Shown piece after piece: positions 1-15,550 of a stretch of 64,000 nucleotides of DNA. The stretch lies in assembly GCF_036321535.1 (NCBI RefSeq), contig NC_087437.1, positions 114,144,001 to 114,208,000 on the forward strand, given 5' to 3'. The notes beneath the pieces were generated by a model. The model worked only from the letters and a program-made list of their open reading frames with translations. It had not been told where the DNA came from and did no database searches. This DNA comes from Camelus dromedarius. Lineage: Eukaryota. Numbering within the stretch: position 1 is the first letter of the stretch; each line of letters starts with the position of its first letter. Made by a program: the position numbers and the translations under genes.

Positions 1-2503
1 GATAAAGATTCATCACTTTAAGACAGAAACAGAGTCCAAAGACTAAAGTGTGAAAAGAGCAACGGGTCCAAAGATGAGTACAGCCACACTTGCGCTGCCA
101 GCAGCAATGGGTTGCACCTAAAAATAGTTCTGTTTTTAAGAAGAACTATTTCAAACGACTCTTTAAAAAAAAAAAAAAGTAATTCTACATTACCAAACTT
201 AACAAATTCCTATTTCCTAGGGGAAAATTTCTACACTTAAAAAAAAAGAAATAAATAAAAAGGTTCTGACCCCTTAGTTTATGCCCAAGACACATTCCTT
301 GACTCCACACATTCATAAATTCGCTAACCATGCAGCTGTGGTTAGTCATATGGTTCCTTGGTTAAGTAACTGTGGTTTTGAGCTGATCCTTTTAAAAAAT
401 ACATTTTTAGCATATCTGCCATTTTTTTAAATGTATTTTCTCATTCTTGCCATTCAGATCATTTGAAATGCTTCCCTAAAGATCTATATCAATTGTGTGG
501 AAATAAATGAATGTTTGGGAACAGGAACAAACCTTAATGGAATAGACTTCCGGCTCTGAGGATTCTATGAGTCCGAGCTTCATTTAAAAGATGTAACCCT
601 TGCTTTTCCAGATCTGCCAGTAGAAAAATGACTGTCGAATGACCCCAGATTGCAAAGTCCTTTTTAGAATTCAGGTAATTAGTCTTCTTAATCACCTTCA
701 GGCACCACATCTATAAATCCGCAATATTATCCTTGATTATTTGTGACAATTTTACTTACTCCCATCAGGATCACTTGTTTCCTTAATAGACAAACCCAAA
801 TACCCCTCAAGTAAACTTTTTTTTTTTTTTTGGACTGTATGGTCCATGTGAAGAAATCCCATTTGTTTATACCCTGATTTTCAAAAATTTAGATTTGCAA
901 ATAAGCGTACATGTGGCCTTTAAAACAGTGTAAATATTTGGCCTGAAAAACTCAGCATAAACTTTCACCATCCTTTTGAGGCTTCAATTTACTTCGCCTC
1001 TGCGGATGAAGAGATGGGGTATTAATCGGCTTGAGACACGGAATGACTGAATGCCACGTTTCACCTCTGGACGTGTTCCTTGGAAAGCTGGACCCAGCGT
1101 CTATAAGCCTGTGCTCCCAAATAACAGATTAGTGGCAGCAAGTGGCTTTTCAGCAGCCCCAGGAAAATTTCGGCCACAGGCACAGGGAGCCGATGGTCAG
1201 AGAGTCCCGGGGGTCCTCCACACAGGATATGCATCTTGTTACAGAATTCCTCAATGCCTCTTTGCTGTCTCCCTAATGACCAGTTAAATGGGTTCCCCCG
1301 AGGATGCTTGAGTCAGCGCCAGCTTCAAAACTGCTGAGGAAACATCCTCTTTTACTGGAAATGATTTCCATCAAACTGCCATGTGCCATATTTAGACTCA
1401 TGGCTTAGTAACACCCAGCAGAAGGGGCTAAATTTGCAGGGTAGGAGGCCCTGCACTGTGAGAAAAGAACTTGGCTTTTGTCTGGCCCAAGTGACCGCAG
1501 GGCAGTGAGCGAGTGAGTCTGTGGTGGGCTGTAACCAGAGGGACAGAATCACTTCTTTCTATCCGGACAGACAGGCTCCCTTCCACAGAGACAGCTGCTT
1601 CTTCCCATCCTGCTGGTCCCACAAATGAGACATATGAACAGGGAGGTGGCATTTCAGGTCTATGTACATCTGCCTGGCAGTAGGACCTCAAAACCCAGCA
1701 ATTCTAAGAAGCGCACCTGAGCTCAGCAGGTGGATGGCGGGCAAAGGTCTCTCCTCCTCCATTTAAACTTAAGTCATGGGATTTAAATCACAGCAAAATG
1801 ATATTGCCTTGAGTCACAGAATATAATTCTTCTAAAAAGCTGAGTCACAAAATTATGGAACTTAAAAAAAAGTATTTATACGTTTTCACACACCTCTAAC
1901 TTGATATAACTGTTCAAGTATAATTACGGAGACATGGGATTTTAAGTGCAATCTCCCCCCAACACCCACCAGTTTTATTCTTCTCTCCTCTCTCTCCTCT
2001 CCCTGCCCCGACCCCACATCATCCCACCTTCCCCGACTGACTTATATTAACATATCTTACATCTTTCCGTGTTCTTCCTTATGCTCATCATTGGACACAA
2101 ACACACGGACATATGCCTATAGATGGATCATTTATGCCATTGTTTAAATGTCTACAAAAAGAGGATCCTGTTACAAACCTCTCTTTGCATTTTGGTCCTC
2201 TCTCAAAAAGAAATCGGGAAAATGCCTCCAAGTCAACCCTGATAACGCTGACTCGGTCTCCAACAGCGTGCAGTGTCCCAGGGTGTGGATTGCTCACCAT
2301 TCTTTCCGACAGACTCCTCTAAAGGGGCAAAACTTCTTGAAAGTCCATCACGCTCTTTTTTTATGTAAGATTCCATGGGAAATCTGAACAAAGAATTCTT
2401 ACTCAAGTCCTAAATATATATTTCTTTAATAAAGAGCAAGAAAAAGTTCTCCCCTGAGCCTGATCACAGTTCAGAGGGCAATACTTTTTCAAAGTGTAGA
2501 TTT

Positions 2504-3031
2504 TGTTACTATTCAGGTGTCATGAGGGAACCAATCAGAAGACAGCTATGGAAAAGACAGTTTGTTACTCATAGTTCCCGGTACAAGAAGGCATTCCAAG
2601 CCCTGCAGGGCCACACAAGGAAGCACCAGGGTCCATCTGGAGAAAGAAGAAGGAGGGAAAAACATGGACAAAGAGCCTTTACTGTGGTTTTCTTGGGAAG
2701 AAATGGGCAGGATAGGGTAAGCAAGCCAGGCTTAGGACTGGCTACTTTTAACAATTCTAGTGAGCTCTCAGTTATGGGCACTGTCCCAAGTTCTCTGGAA
2801 CCTGGCCCTGGAGTGATGAGGGAAGGGCAAATTTGGGCCAGAGTATAAAAGCCTCATAATTCAAAATGGAGGTGGTTGGGGGGTATACGCTTTGCATCAG
2901 TTGGTTTGCAAATAGAGGTTCACTCTCAGGCAAGTTGATGGCCAGTCCCACCCCAGCCAGTGAGCCCCAAATGCCAAAGCAGCAAGAATACAAAAAATAA
3001 GAAAACATAGTAAATTTAAGTGTCCAGGACA
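2504..3031 (-). mobile_element. Old solo LTR, ERVL class (MER54/MER74-like; family uncertain)
   Basis: Begins TGTTACTATTCAGGTGTCATGAGG and contains CAAAGAGCCTTTACTGTGGTTT...GGGTAAGCAAGCCAGGCTTAGGACTGGCTA, resembling recalled eutherian ERVL LTR consensus. Right end approximate. Confidence 0.6.
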
Positions 3032-4042
3032 TTCAAGCAATGTTTGGTAAATGACAGGCATATTAATCAAGGAAACATAGCACCTTCTGCCTCCTGCCTA
3101 GAGGCACAGCTCCACAGAGTCAGTCAAGTTGTTGCAAAGGGCCTGGGGCTCTAAGGGATGCATAGGAGTTCATTCCAGGGTTCAGGTGGGGAGACATAGT
3201 TCTGGAGCTGTGTGGCTAGTAGCTAACAAGACAGCCTCAAAGCCATGCAGAGTTAGCACTGGGGCAAGGAGGATGACCACAGCCACTCTTTGGTCTACAC
3301 AGCCTTCAGTCCTGCCTAGTAACACCCAGCTGTCCTCAATTCCCTTACTGCTTTGGGCAGTTGCTTCAGATCCTGGAGAACATCCAAGGTAGCATAAGTT
3401 TCCTGTCCTGGGACTGAGGGGTCTGCCACCGGGCAGCTCTTTGACCAACTATGTTCCACTGAAGAATCTCTCCTGCATTCTGCATCCATCATCCTCACTC
3501 CCCCTGATCTTGGGAGGAAGGATGGACTTCTCCCTGCCACGCACAGGGAGGACTCCTTTAGGCCTTCACTGGGACCTTTCTGCTAGGTATGCCCTGTTCC
3601 CACATGCACTGCAATACAATGACTCTGAATCATGTGCAGTGATCACTCGTCATTTTTCCTTGTGTTTCTGAAGAGGACATTACTTCGGGATTTTTTTCCC
3701 ATGAAAACAAATGGTTATAGAGGGAGACATAGGTGAAACACGGCAAAGGAATGAAGGCATTTGGGGTTTTTCTTTTCCTCTCCATCAGCCTGCTTCCTGT
3801 ATCCTCCCTTTCTACTGGCTGACTCTCAGGTGTGGCTGAGATTGAGTTAACTGAGGAAGCAAAAACTATGCTACAGACCAGCCAGGCCAGGTCAGTTCAG
3901 TTAAACCAAGAATGTTCCGTGAGTCTATTCTTTACTAGGACTGGAGACGTTAAAATAAACAACATGGCCTCTGACTTCCAAAAGCTTGATATCTAATAAA
4001 GAAAGCAAAACAAAACAAATGTTTTGAGTGTATGTTGAGTGT

Positions 4043-4503
4043 TGTCAAGAAGAGTGAATGGTCTGAGATTTGATCCTGCTTACAAGCTAACAAGTAAACC
4101 TGTGACAATTTCATGGATCCTGGTGGAAGACACGAGACCCCTGAGTCAGAGACAAAGGACTTTATGATTCACAGCACAGCAAGCATGAGTGTTATGTTCA
4201 CTTCAGCCCTCTTTGTCCCTCAAACCCCAAAGAGGTGATGAAGAGGGACCAAGGTGGATGCTGCAAGCAGAGTGAGTTTGTGTCACAGCTGAGCAATCTC
4301 GATGTTGGGGAATCTAGATCTCTATAGAGGACCACAAGCAAAACTGCTCTAACCCTTTGCTCCATTGGGAAACATTATCTCTATCACCCTAAGATGGGAG
4401 CTATACAATTCTCTTAAAAAAAGATAACCCATAAAAATGGACAGTTAGTTGTCTTCCCATAATACTTACAGAAACAGAGGGGCCTGTAGGAAACTGTGTC
4501 CCC
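4043..4503 (-). mobile_element. Solo LTR, ERVL class (same family as 57070-58068)
   Basis: Reverse strand reads ...GCTTGCTGTGCTGTGAATCATAAAGTCCTTTGTCTCTGACTCAGGGGTCTCGTGTCTTC...TTCTTGACA and aligns by eye with the + strand copy at 57070-57425. Confidence 0.7.
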
Positions 4504-6049
4504 AAGAGCCTTTATGACTGTCAAGAATTGTCCTAAATGCACAATCCTATTGATTGTTATACTCACTCCAGGTGACATTACCCTTCCCATCCTGATACCT
4601 GCCTCAACTACAGGCTCACCAACACAAAACTAAAAAGAAGCAAAAGAAATGGGATTCAGATCTGATTCCACTGCTTATGTCCTCTTGACTACGCCACACT
4701 GTTGAGAGTACACCAGAGGTGGAGAAAGGAAACCTCACTCATGACACATGACTGAGAACTGGCAACAAGCAGAAATCCAAGCTGGGGTCCCAGAGGGCTG
4801 GAGGTCCAGGCATGACCTTGAAGGAGGAAGACAGTAAGACGCCCTCCCTTCTGCCACCCACCGGTGACTCAGCACACTCTGGAAGATGCTACTCTCACAT
4901 AACATGAATAATTATGTTGCTTTCTGTTAAGATATTCCATCCTGCCACGACAATGTGGCAACTGGATAGCTTTGACTATCAGTCTTTTGAGTTTTTACCT
5001 CTTGCTGGACACTGTTCTAAGTGCTGGCAATAGGTGACCACAATGAAAAAAATTAATCCTCAAGGAGCTTGCCCATCTTCTTGTGGGAGGAGCCAATTAG
5101 CCATCCAAATGGTGTATATTTTGCAGGTACACAGGAAGGAGTTTTGCCAAAGACAGTGTGATATTTATCACTCACCTCCCCAGTACCACCAACCGAAAAA
5201 GCATCTCAGGAAGGCCATGACTAGGCAGTCAGCAGTTCCACCCATCTGCAGGTGATGGTGAAACTCACAAAACAAATTTCAAATGGACTTAATGAGCCAA
5301 ACCCCACAGGCAATTGTTTTCCCCCATGAAGGTCTTGGTCCAGTCAGAGCAGCAAGATGGCCATAGCATAACTATGATATTTACCTAGTAGGGTAAAAAA
5401 AATACCATGAAATTTGCAGATCGAAGGCTTGCAAATATAGGCAATTATGATGTTTAGCTTGTGTGTCTCCATTCCAGACATAGTTATTTACGGTCCACCA
5501 AACGCCAGCCTGGCATTGCCTGCCCTTGTATCTTAGTCATTTCCCACTCATTGTCAGATCTTTAAAAAGCCAAGTTTCAATTTTGGGCTTCCTTTTTAAA
5601 AACCCTTTGCATGTTTTTAATATTTAACAAAGAATAATTACCAACATTGACTCTGATACCTTCCTAAATCTAGAAATTTTTTATCTCATCTATCTCATCT
5701 GGCTTGTTTAATAAATATACTATTTTTGTTTCATGTTAATGTGATCTAAGCTACATGCAATTAAATGAGCCTAACCTTATAGCAATCACTTAAATCTCCC
5801 TCTCCTCTAGATCTTCATCTTAAAAGGAAATTATGACTCTGCCCAAGGGTGGCAAGCAGAGTACATGCCCAACTTTCAACACGGCAAGGCAGTACTGTCA
5901 CTGGACGCCAGGGGTATTTGAATGAAGGGACATACTGACAGACCCCAGCCCCATCACCCCTCTTCACCAAACAATAAAAGCAAAATTAAAAATTTAGTTT
6001 TTTTCAACTACCAAGTGTATGAAGTGTCTGCTCCCATGCCTGACCGTCA

Positions 6050-6498
6050 TTGTAAACTCAACCCCATACCCAACCCCCACCCCAAGTCCAGGAACCCAAT
6101 TTAACCCCCAGTACTGTATCTGAAAATAAGATCATTGCAGATGTAATTAGTCAAAGTAGGGTTATAAGGGTGGTCCTTAATCCAGTAGGACTGGTGTCTT
6201 TATAAAAAAGGGGAAAATTTGGAGGCAGACATACATACAAGGAGAACGCCATGTGAAAATGAAGGCAGAGATCTAAGTGATGCTTCTACAAGTCAAAGAA
6301 TGCCAAAGATGGCCATCAAGTCAGTAGGACTTGGGAGAGAGGCTTGGGGCAGATTCTCCCTCACAGCCTCAGAAAGAACCAGCCCACTGCCACCTGGACC
6401 TCAAACTTCGGGCCTCCAGAACTGAGACAATCGATTTCTGTGGTTTAAGCAAGCCCAGAGTATGGTGACTTGTTACGGCAGCCCTACAAGCTAATGTA
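6050..6498 (+). mobile_element. MaLR solo LTR (MLT1B/MLT1C-like)
   Basis: Typical MLT1 motifs: TTGCAGATGTAATTAG, TAATCCAGTAGGACTGGTGTCTTTATAAAAA, GCCATGTGAAAATGAAGGCAGAGAT, GGCCTCCAGAACTGAGACAAT, TTGTTACGGCAGCCCTA. Confidence 0.85.
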
Positions 6499-6639
6499 GG
6501 TGTCTTCACACCTCACTTAGGGTCAGTGACAGGAAAATAAGTACTTCTTATTCCAGGGGCTCCTGCAGAGTCAGCTCAGCCTTTACCAGGTGCTCAGGGA
6601 GAAGGTGGCCTCCCTCACCTTCCTGCTGGCCTCTCTGTG

Positions 6640-7071
6640 CAGGTTGGTCCCTCAGAATTCGTGGGGCCTAGGGCAAGACTGGAAAGTTCCCTTGCTTATG
6701 TCTAAATATCTACATCTTATAAATCAAATTAACTATTAAATAAAATGTTATCCTTATACCTTCATAATAACAAAATAAGTAAATATGTGAAGCTATGGTT
6801 TTTATATGACTAAATATCAGCAAAATATAATAATTAACATTATTAGGCAATATTTAGTATTATTAGGTTCTGCTTGTAGGTCAGCATTTTTACCAGAGTA
6901 ATAACATTTAAATGTACATTATTAACTAAATATTATATATGATTCCACAAAATTTCTTTTTTACTTTCCTTTCAAATGTCACTGTTATCAAAATTGTCAC
7001 ATAATTTGCATTGTGTTGAGTGTAAGCCAACTGAGACAATATAGTTTTTTTTAATAATTTCAATTTCAAAG
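6640..7071 (-). mobile_element. hAT-Tip100 (Zaphod/MER115-like) DNA transposon relic, terminal part left of the L1 insertion
   Basis: GC-rich end CAGG...GTGGGGCCTAGGGCAAGA followed by TATGTCTAAATAT...TTATAAATCAA. The minus strand at 7071 downward continues the transposase motif (LKLKLLKK). Confidence 0.6.
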
Positions 7072-9220
7072 GATTGAAAGTGGCAAGAGTGGGCATCCTT
7101 GTCTTGTTCCTGATCTTAGAGGAAACATTACCAGCTCTCCACTGTTGAGTATGGCGTTAGTCGTAGGCTCATCATACACGGCCTGTATTGTTGAGGTATG
7201 TTCCCTCTACCCCACCTTCTAGAGAGTTTTTATCATAACTGGATGTTGAATTTTGTCAAAAGCTTTCTCTGCATCTCTTGAGATGATCATATAATATTTA
7301 TGCTTCAGTTTGTTAATATGGTGTATCTCACTGCTTGCTTTCTAGATATTGAACCATTCTTGCACCCCTGGGATAAATCTGACTTCATCATGGTGTATGA
7401 TCCTATTAATGTAAAGTTGAGTTCAGTTTGCTAGTATTTTGTTGAGTATTTTTGTATCTATGTTTATCAGTGATATTGACCTGTAGTTTTCTTTTTTTGT
7501 GTGATATTTTTGTTTGGTTTTGGTATCAGGGTAATTCTGGTCTTGTAGAATGAGTTCAGAAACATTCCTTCTTCTGCAGTTTTTTGGAATAGCTTGAGGA
7601 GGATAGGTGTTAACTCTTCTCTAAATGTTTGGTAGAATTCACCTGTGAAATCATCTGTTCCTGGGCTTCTGTCTGTCGGAAGTTCTTGCATTACTGATTC
7701 AATTCCATTACTGGTAATTGGTCTGCTCATACTTTCTATATCTTTCTGACTTAGTCTTGGGAAATCATATATATACAGGAATTTGTCCATTTCTTCTAGG
7801 TTATCCATTTTATTGGCATATAACTGTTCAGAGTAATTCATGATCTTTTGCATTTCTGCAGTATTTGCTGTAACTTTTCCCTTTTCTGATTTTATTGATT
7901 TGGGCCCTCTTTCTTTTTTCTTAATGAGTCTGGTTTATCAATTTTGTTTATCTTTTCAAAGAAGCAGCTCTTAGTTTTATCAGTTTTTTCTCCTTTTTTT
8001 TTTAGTCCCTATTTCATATAGTTCTGATCTGATCTTTATGATTTCTTTCCTTGTACTAACTTTGAGTTTTGTTTGTCCTTTTTTTCCTACTTCTTTTAGC
8101 TGTAAGATTAGGTGATTTATTGGAGATTTTTCTTGCTTCTTGAGGTAGATTTGTATCACTATAAACCTCTCTTAGAATTACTTTTGCTCTGTCCCATAGA
8201 TTTCAGACCTTTTGTGTTTTTATTTTCATTTGTCTCCAGGTATATTTTGATTTCTTCTTTTATTTCTTCAGTGGCCCATTTGTTGCCTAGTAGCACATTG
8301 TTTAGTCTCCATCTGTTTTTTGTTTTGTTTTTTTTTTTTTTTTTTGCAGTTTCTTTTTTCTCTTAGTTGATTTCTAGTCTCATAGCACTGTGGTCAGAAA
8401 AGATACTTGATATTATTTCAATTTTCTTAAATTGAAATTTCAGATTTCTTAAATTTACTGAGACTTGTTTTGTGGCCTAGTATGTGATCTATTATGGAGA
8501 ATGATTCATGTGTGCTTGAAAAAATAAATGTGTATTCTGCTGCTTTGGGATGGAACGTTATATATATATATAACATATATATATATATATATCCATTTGC
8601 TATAATGTGTCATTTAAGACCAGGGTTTCCTTATCAATTTTCCATCTGGATGATCTGTCCATTGATGTAAGTGGGGTGCTAAAGTTCCCTACTATTACTA
8701 TGTTACTCTCAATTTCTACCTTTGAGTCTATTAATATTTGTTTTATGTGTTTAGATACTTCTATGTAGGTTCATGTATTTTTACAATTGTTATATCTTCT
8801 TGGATGGATCCCTTGATCATTATGTAATGTCCATTTTTGTTTAAAAGTCTGTTTTGTCTGATGTAAGTATTACTACCCAACTTTCTTTTGATTTCCAATT
8901 GCGTGGAATATCTTCTTCCATCCTCTCATTTCCAGTCCGTGTGTGTCTTTAGATCTGAAGTGAGTCTCTTGTAGGCAGCAAATATATGTCTTATTTTTTT
9001 TACCCATTTAACTACTCAATAACTTTTGATTGGAGTATTTAGTCCATTTATATTTAAAGTAATTACTGATAGGATGTACTTATTGCCATTTTGTTCATTG
9101 TTTTGTGGATGTTTTTGTAGTTCTATTTTGTTCCTTCCTTCTTCTTTTGTTCTCTTCCCTTATGATTTGATGGCTATCTTTAGTGTTACTTTTGGATTCC
9201 TTTCTCTTTTGTGTGTGTGT
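7072..9220 (-). mobile_element. LINE-1, inverted 5' segment (inter-ORF spacer, ORF2 endonuclease to start of RT) of a twin-primed insertion
   Basis: Minus-strand ORF 7467-7853 (MDNLEEMDKFL...SPGTDDFTGEFYQTFREEL) is L1 ORF2. The ORF2 start ATGGCAATA lies on the minus strand at 9089. Many stops and frameshifts. Confidence 0.95.
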
Positions 9221-11558
<2,338 letters not shown>

Positions 11559-11572
11559 TTTCAATTTCAAAG

Positions 11573-12050
11573 AAAAGCTTTGCTCTGTTCAGGCAATCGA
11601 GAATGGAATTATCAATAACAGTTTTGAAGCAGTACTTAAATTTGGAAACAAGGCATGAATTTTACATAGGTGTTCAAATAGAAAATATTACAAAATATTT
11701 TAATTTCATCCTACAGATCACTATCACTTATATCTCATTTCCACCATTTCTTAAAGCAATATCTAAGTAATATGTAAATATCTAAGAATGTGTGAAAAAG
11801 CAGTATCTTGCCTTATGCGGGTTACATCAAACCTACACGTAAACAAATTCAGTAATAATGGCAATTGCTTAATGTTGCAAAAATATTTCTCAGCTACCAT
11901 GAACAACAGCTGATCATACCATAGTAATTCCCTGATTGACGAGTACCCTCAAAACTGCAAATTGGAACACAGAGAGAAGCAAGAATATGGATTTTTGGAA
12001 CTGTTGGACAGTGATGATTCATTATGCAAGAATACACCGTCACCACGATA
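11573..12050 (-). pseudogene. hAT transposase remnant (C-terminal dimerisation domain), right of the L1 insertion
   Basis: Minus-strand translation of about 11665 to 11573 gives KIHALFPNLSTASKLLLIIPFSIA*TEQSF, matching the hAT motif FPNL...L.IP.....ERSFSKLK. Right boundary uncertain. Confidence 0.75.
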
Positions 12051-12149
12051 TTGAAGAAAAGGATGCACACGTTCATTCATTTTTTTCTCAAGGGGTCTCT
12101 CCAAAGCTGTGTCCATGTCCAACACAAAGTTGACATAAATTACAGTGTA

Positions 12150-12232
12150 TGCGGACATGTTTATACTAAAACATACTTACCGTTTATCTTAAATTCAAAT
12201 TTAACTGGGTGCCTATATTTTTACTTGCCAAT
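12150..12232 (-). mobile_element. MER53-like DNA transposon fragment
   Basis: GGACATGTTTATACTAAAA...GTTTATCTTAAATTCAAATTTAACTGGGTGCCTATATTTTTACTTGCCA resembles a recalled MER53 end. Confidence 0.65.
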
Positions 12233-14719
12233 AATAGACCCACACTCCTTCATGGCATTTGGACTCAGTTATCACACAAGAAGACAAGAGGGGAGTGGGA
12301 CCAGAAGAGTGTTAGCTGCTGGAGCAGATGTTGACGCCACGAGGTGCCCTTGTATGTGCCAGGTAGGTGCTGGATCCCTGAAGACGGAGGTTCAAGTTAG
12401 AGTCTCTCTCTGCCACCAAGAGGAACAATCATGATGCACACACTTGCTAGCTCTCAGTAAGCCAACTCTGTTCTCCTTTCATTGATTATTTCATTCATAA
12501 ATATCTATTGTGTACTCCTCAGGAACCAAGCAGCCAAGCACGCCTCCAGGCACAAGAGACGTGAGGACGAAAAAGACAAAACACTACCAAAATGGGTAAG
12601 AGGGGCACCTCCCACTCTGCCGCCTGTAGTCCATCGGGAGAGGCAAGGCACATCCCCAACAGCAAGAGTGGGAGCCAAAGGCACTGCCAGTGAAGGTCAG
12701 GAGTCACTTCAGAGAGAAGCAGCCTTTAAGTCGCCTTAGATGCAGCGGGGATTAATAGAGAGAGAGGAAAACAAAGGAGGTTGAATGTCACATGTGCAGA
12801 CATGCTGGGAAACATCGTCACAAGGCGAAACTCGTATGCTGTAAAGGTAAAATTTGATAAATCCTAATGGAAGTTAGTCTTTTTTGTTGTTGTTGTTGTT
12901 TTCTTAAGTAATAGAAAAGTTGATCATTTTTCCTTTGGAAATCTTGCCCATAATTATCTTGTAAAGAAACTCACTGATACCAGTCAAGGAACAGTTGAGC
13001 GGGTTAGTTCCTTTCAGGGACTGAGAGTTCAGGCAGCTCTATTTTTCTAGCATCAGGTAACGCACGAGACCTAACCCTCAACACTCCAGCGAGCGATGAC
13101 CTGCAGAGTTCTCTCTCCACCATCCCAGCACAAGGCGTACTGTGCCTCTGGCTATTAAGCTGGAAATGCAAACCACTTTTTTGCGGTTCAAATAATCTCC
13201 AGGAGATAGTTTCCTGGAAGTTTTAATTCCTATTTCTCATATCACCTCCACCTAAATTGACGATATCTATGACCTTTCATCTAATTACACTAGTATTTTG
13301 TACCTATTTTTATTAAATGGTTCCATTAGATACCCATTATGAGATAGCCGCTTTCTGTTACTAACCTAATGAGCCCACTCTGCTATTTCCCTCGTCTTTC
13401 ACGGTAAGGACAACCTTCTTAATTACCACCGGCTTTGTCATGTGATCTAAGGTTTTCACAGAAACTCTTATTTGACACATGATTTCACTAACACTAAAAT
13501 AGAAGAGACAGACAACCAAAACTCTACCAAAGTCAAGTGTACCCCCACTTAGAGATGTACCTAGAATGGGTCACCAGACGAGGAAACAGTGAAGAGGACT
13601 CAGAAGCAGAAGTCAAGAGACAACATGACGGAGGAGAAATCAAGGGAATGCAGAAATAGTTGAAGGGTGAGAAAATGATAGGAAGAGCCTGGAGAATTCC
13701 CCGTCACATTACCGGTCGTTACAAGACGCACCATGTCACCACCATGGACAGCACAAATCAGCCCTTCACCCAATTATGAACCAGAAAAATTCACAGAGTA
13801 AAGCAATATTCTCCAAATGTGTCAAAGTTCTATTGCGTCCTAGGCAGAGGTAGAAATTACACAAATGAAAAGACATCTGCGAGCGCACCATTAGGAAGGC
13901 CTGCGCTTCTGCACTGCGGAGGCACCTAAGCGAGTTGTCTACCGTAACAACCAGCATATTAACCCTGCATGGATTTCTCCTTGTTCCTACCTCACAATAT
14001 TTGCTACATTTGAGTTCTAAACCACTATTTTTATTTTAATTCCTCCAGTCTGATATTTGGCATGCATCTCGTCTGTTGGGAACATTTGCTATATTTGTGG
14101 TATTCATTCAGAAGTTATAAAAAAGAATTATAAAGCAGCATGGAGCAGTTCTGCGTGATTAGAAGTTACTAAATGCAAGGCAGGGGATCCAAAGAGAAGT
14201 GTTAACTCGCTGCGATACGTAGTATCGGGAAGGGAGGCTGACTTGAGCAAAGACTTTCACTGAAGGCGGTAAGCCAGTAACGATACGCCTAAACCATATT
14301 AATAGCAATTGTATTGCTAATTTCATTAGCATTTGTATTATCATTATGTATTAATTACTACAGTCAGGCCACCAAAGACTAATATCCAGATCTGACAGCA
14401 TCAGTTCCCCAGAGGCATTCTGTGGTCGCTGAATGATTATAGTTCAACAGTTTGCTGCTTTTGACAAATAGGAAGCAACCCCGGCTCCCCAGCCCTGACA
14501 GAGCCAATCGCACAGACCTCATTTAAACGAAACCAAAACTGCCTTCAAACACTTTGGGAGAAGACTGTGCCCGAAAGAATGAAGAAATGGATGAGAAAAT
14601 ACTAAGCACAGAATGATGTGGAGTTCCATCTCGGCTCCACGTGGAAGTCCTTTGCTCAAATGCAAATTCCTTCAAGTGAGGCGACATTCTCAGGGACTTC
14701 TCTGATGATTTGTGCTATT

Positions 14720-14950
14720 TGAAAAAAAATGTCAGTGGTCAGCTAAGTGTAGGAAACACTGGGTTAAAGAGAAATATGAATCCTATTGCAGACCTTCTCA
14801 GAGCCTCTAATACAATACTGTCTCTTGTGACTCTCAGAGGAAGATAGAGTTTGCAGAGTTTCCTCAAATGTACTTGACCGTCTAATCTTTCTTCTCACTG
14901 CATATCTCCTAGAATTATTAATCCCAAGAACACACTTCTGAAAGAGCTGA
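14720..14950. mobile_element. MER103C-like hAT-Charlie relic
   Basis: GGAAACACTGGGTTAAA...TGCAGACCTTCTCAGAGCCTCTAATA...GAACACACTTCTGAAAGAGCTG. Confidence 0.55.
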
Positions 14951-15444
14951 GTTAATGGAATAGAGCTTGAGCCAGAAGAGTAAGCATTCCACAAAAGTAA
15001 ATACCAAAGCATGTAATTGGAAAATTCTGCTGTATTTAAGAGAAATTTATTGCCATTAGAGGCTCTGTAGTTTTCCAGTAAGTCTCCACTGCACGTTGTG
15101 AGCAGAATCTAATGTCATTCCCAAGATGTCCGCCCATCATCCCAGCTTCACACTCTCCTGGATGCTTCTGGCCCTGAGCCCCGGGGTCTACTGAGCTAGG
15201 AATCTACGGACCATCTCTGCCCCAGTGCACAGTGTCTCCTTCCACCCATGTTAACCCAAATATGGATGCCACTCCTTTCCTAGATTTCCACCCAAGCCAA
15301 ACAAATATACAAGCAAACCCTCTCACAAGGTCTAATCAGTTTTCCTAGGCTCTGCTAAATCCTGGGGAGGCATTTGGAAGTGACCCTGAAGTAATGTAAT
15401 GGCAAGCCACTCACACTTGAGTACTAGACACACCTTTGCTTTCT

Positions 15445-15550
15445 TTTTTCAAAGCATTATTGAGATGCAATTTCCACCCCATAAAAGTCACCTGTTTGAA
15501 GTATGACGGAATGGTTTTTAATAGATGTACAATGCTGAGACACCACTCCC
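15445..15550 (-). mobile_element. Old L1 (L1MB/MC-type) 3' end fragment
   Basis: TTATTGAGATGCAATTT...CCATAAAAGTCACCTGTTTGAAGTATG resembles a degenerate antisense L1M 3' terminus. Confidence 0.5.
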
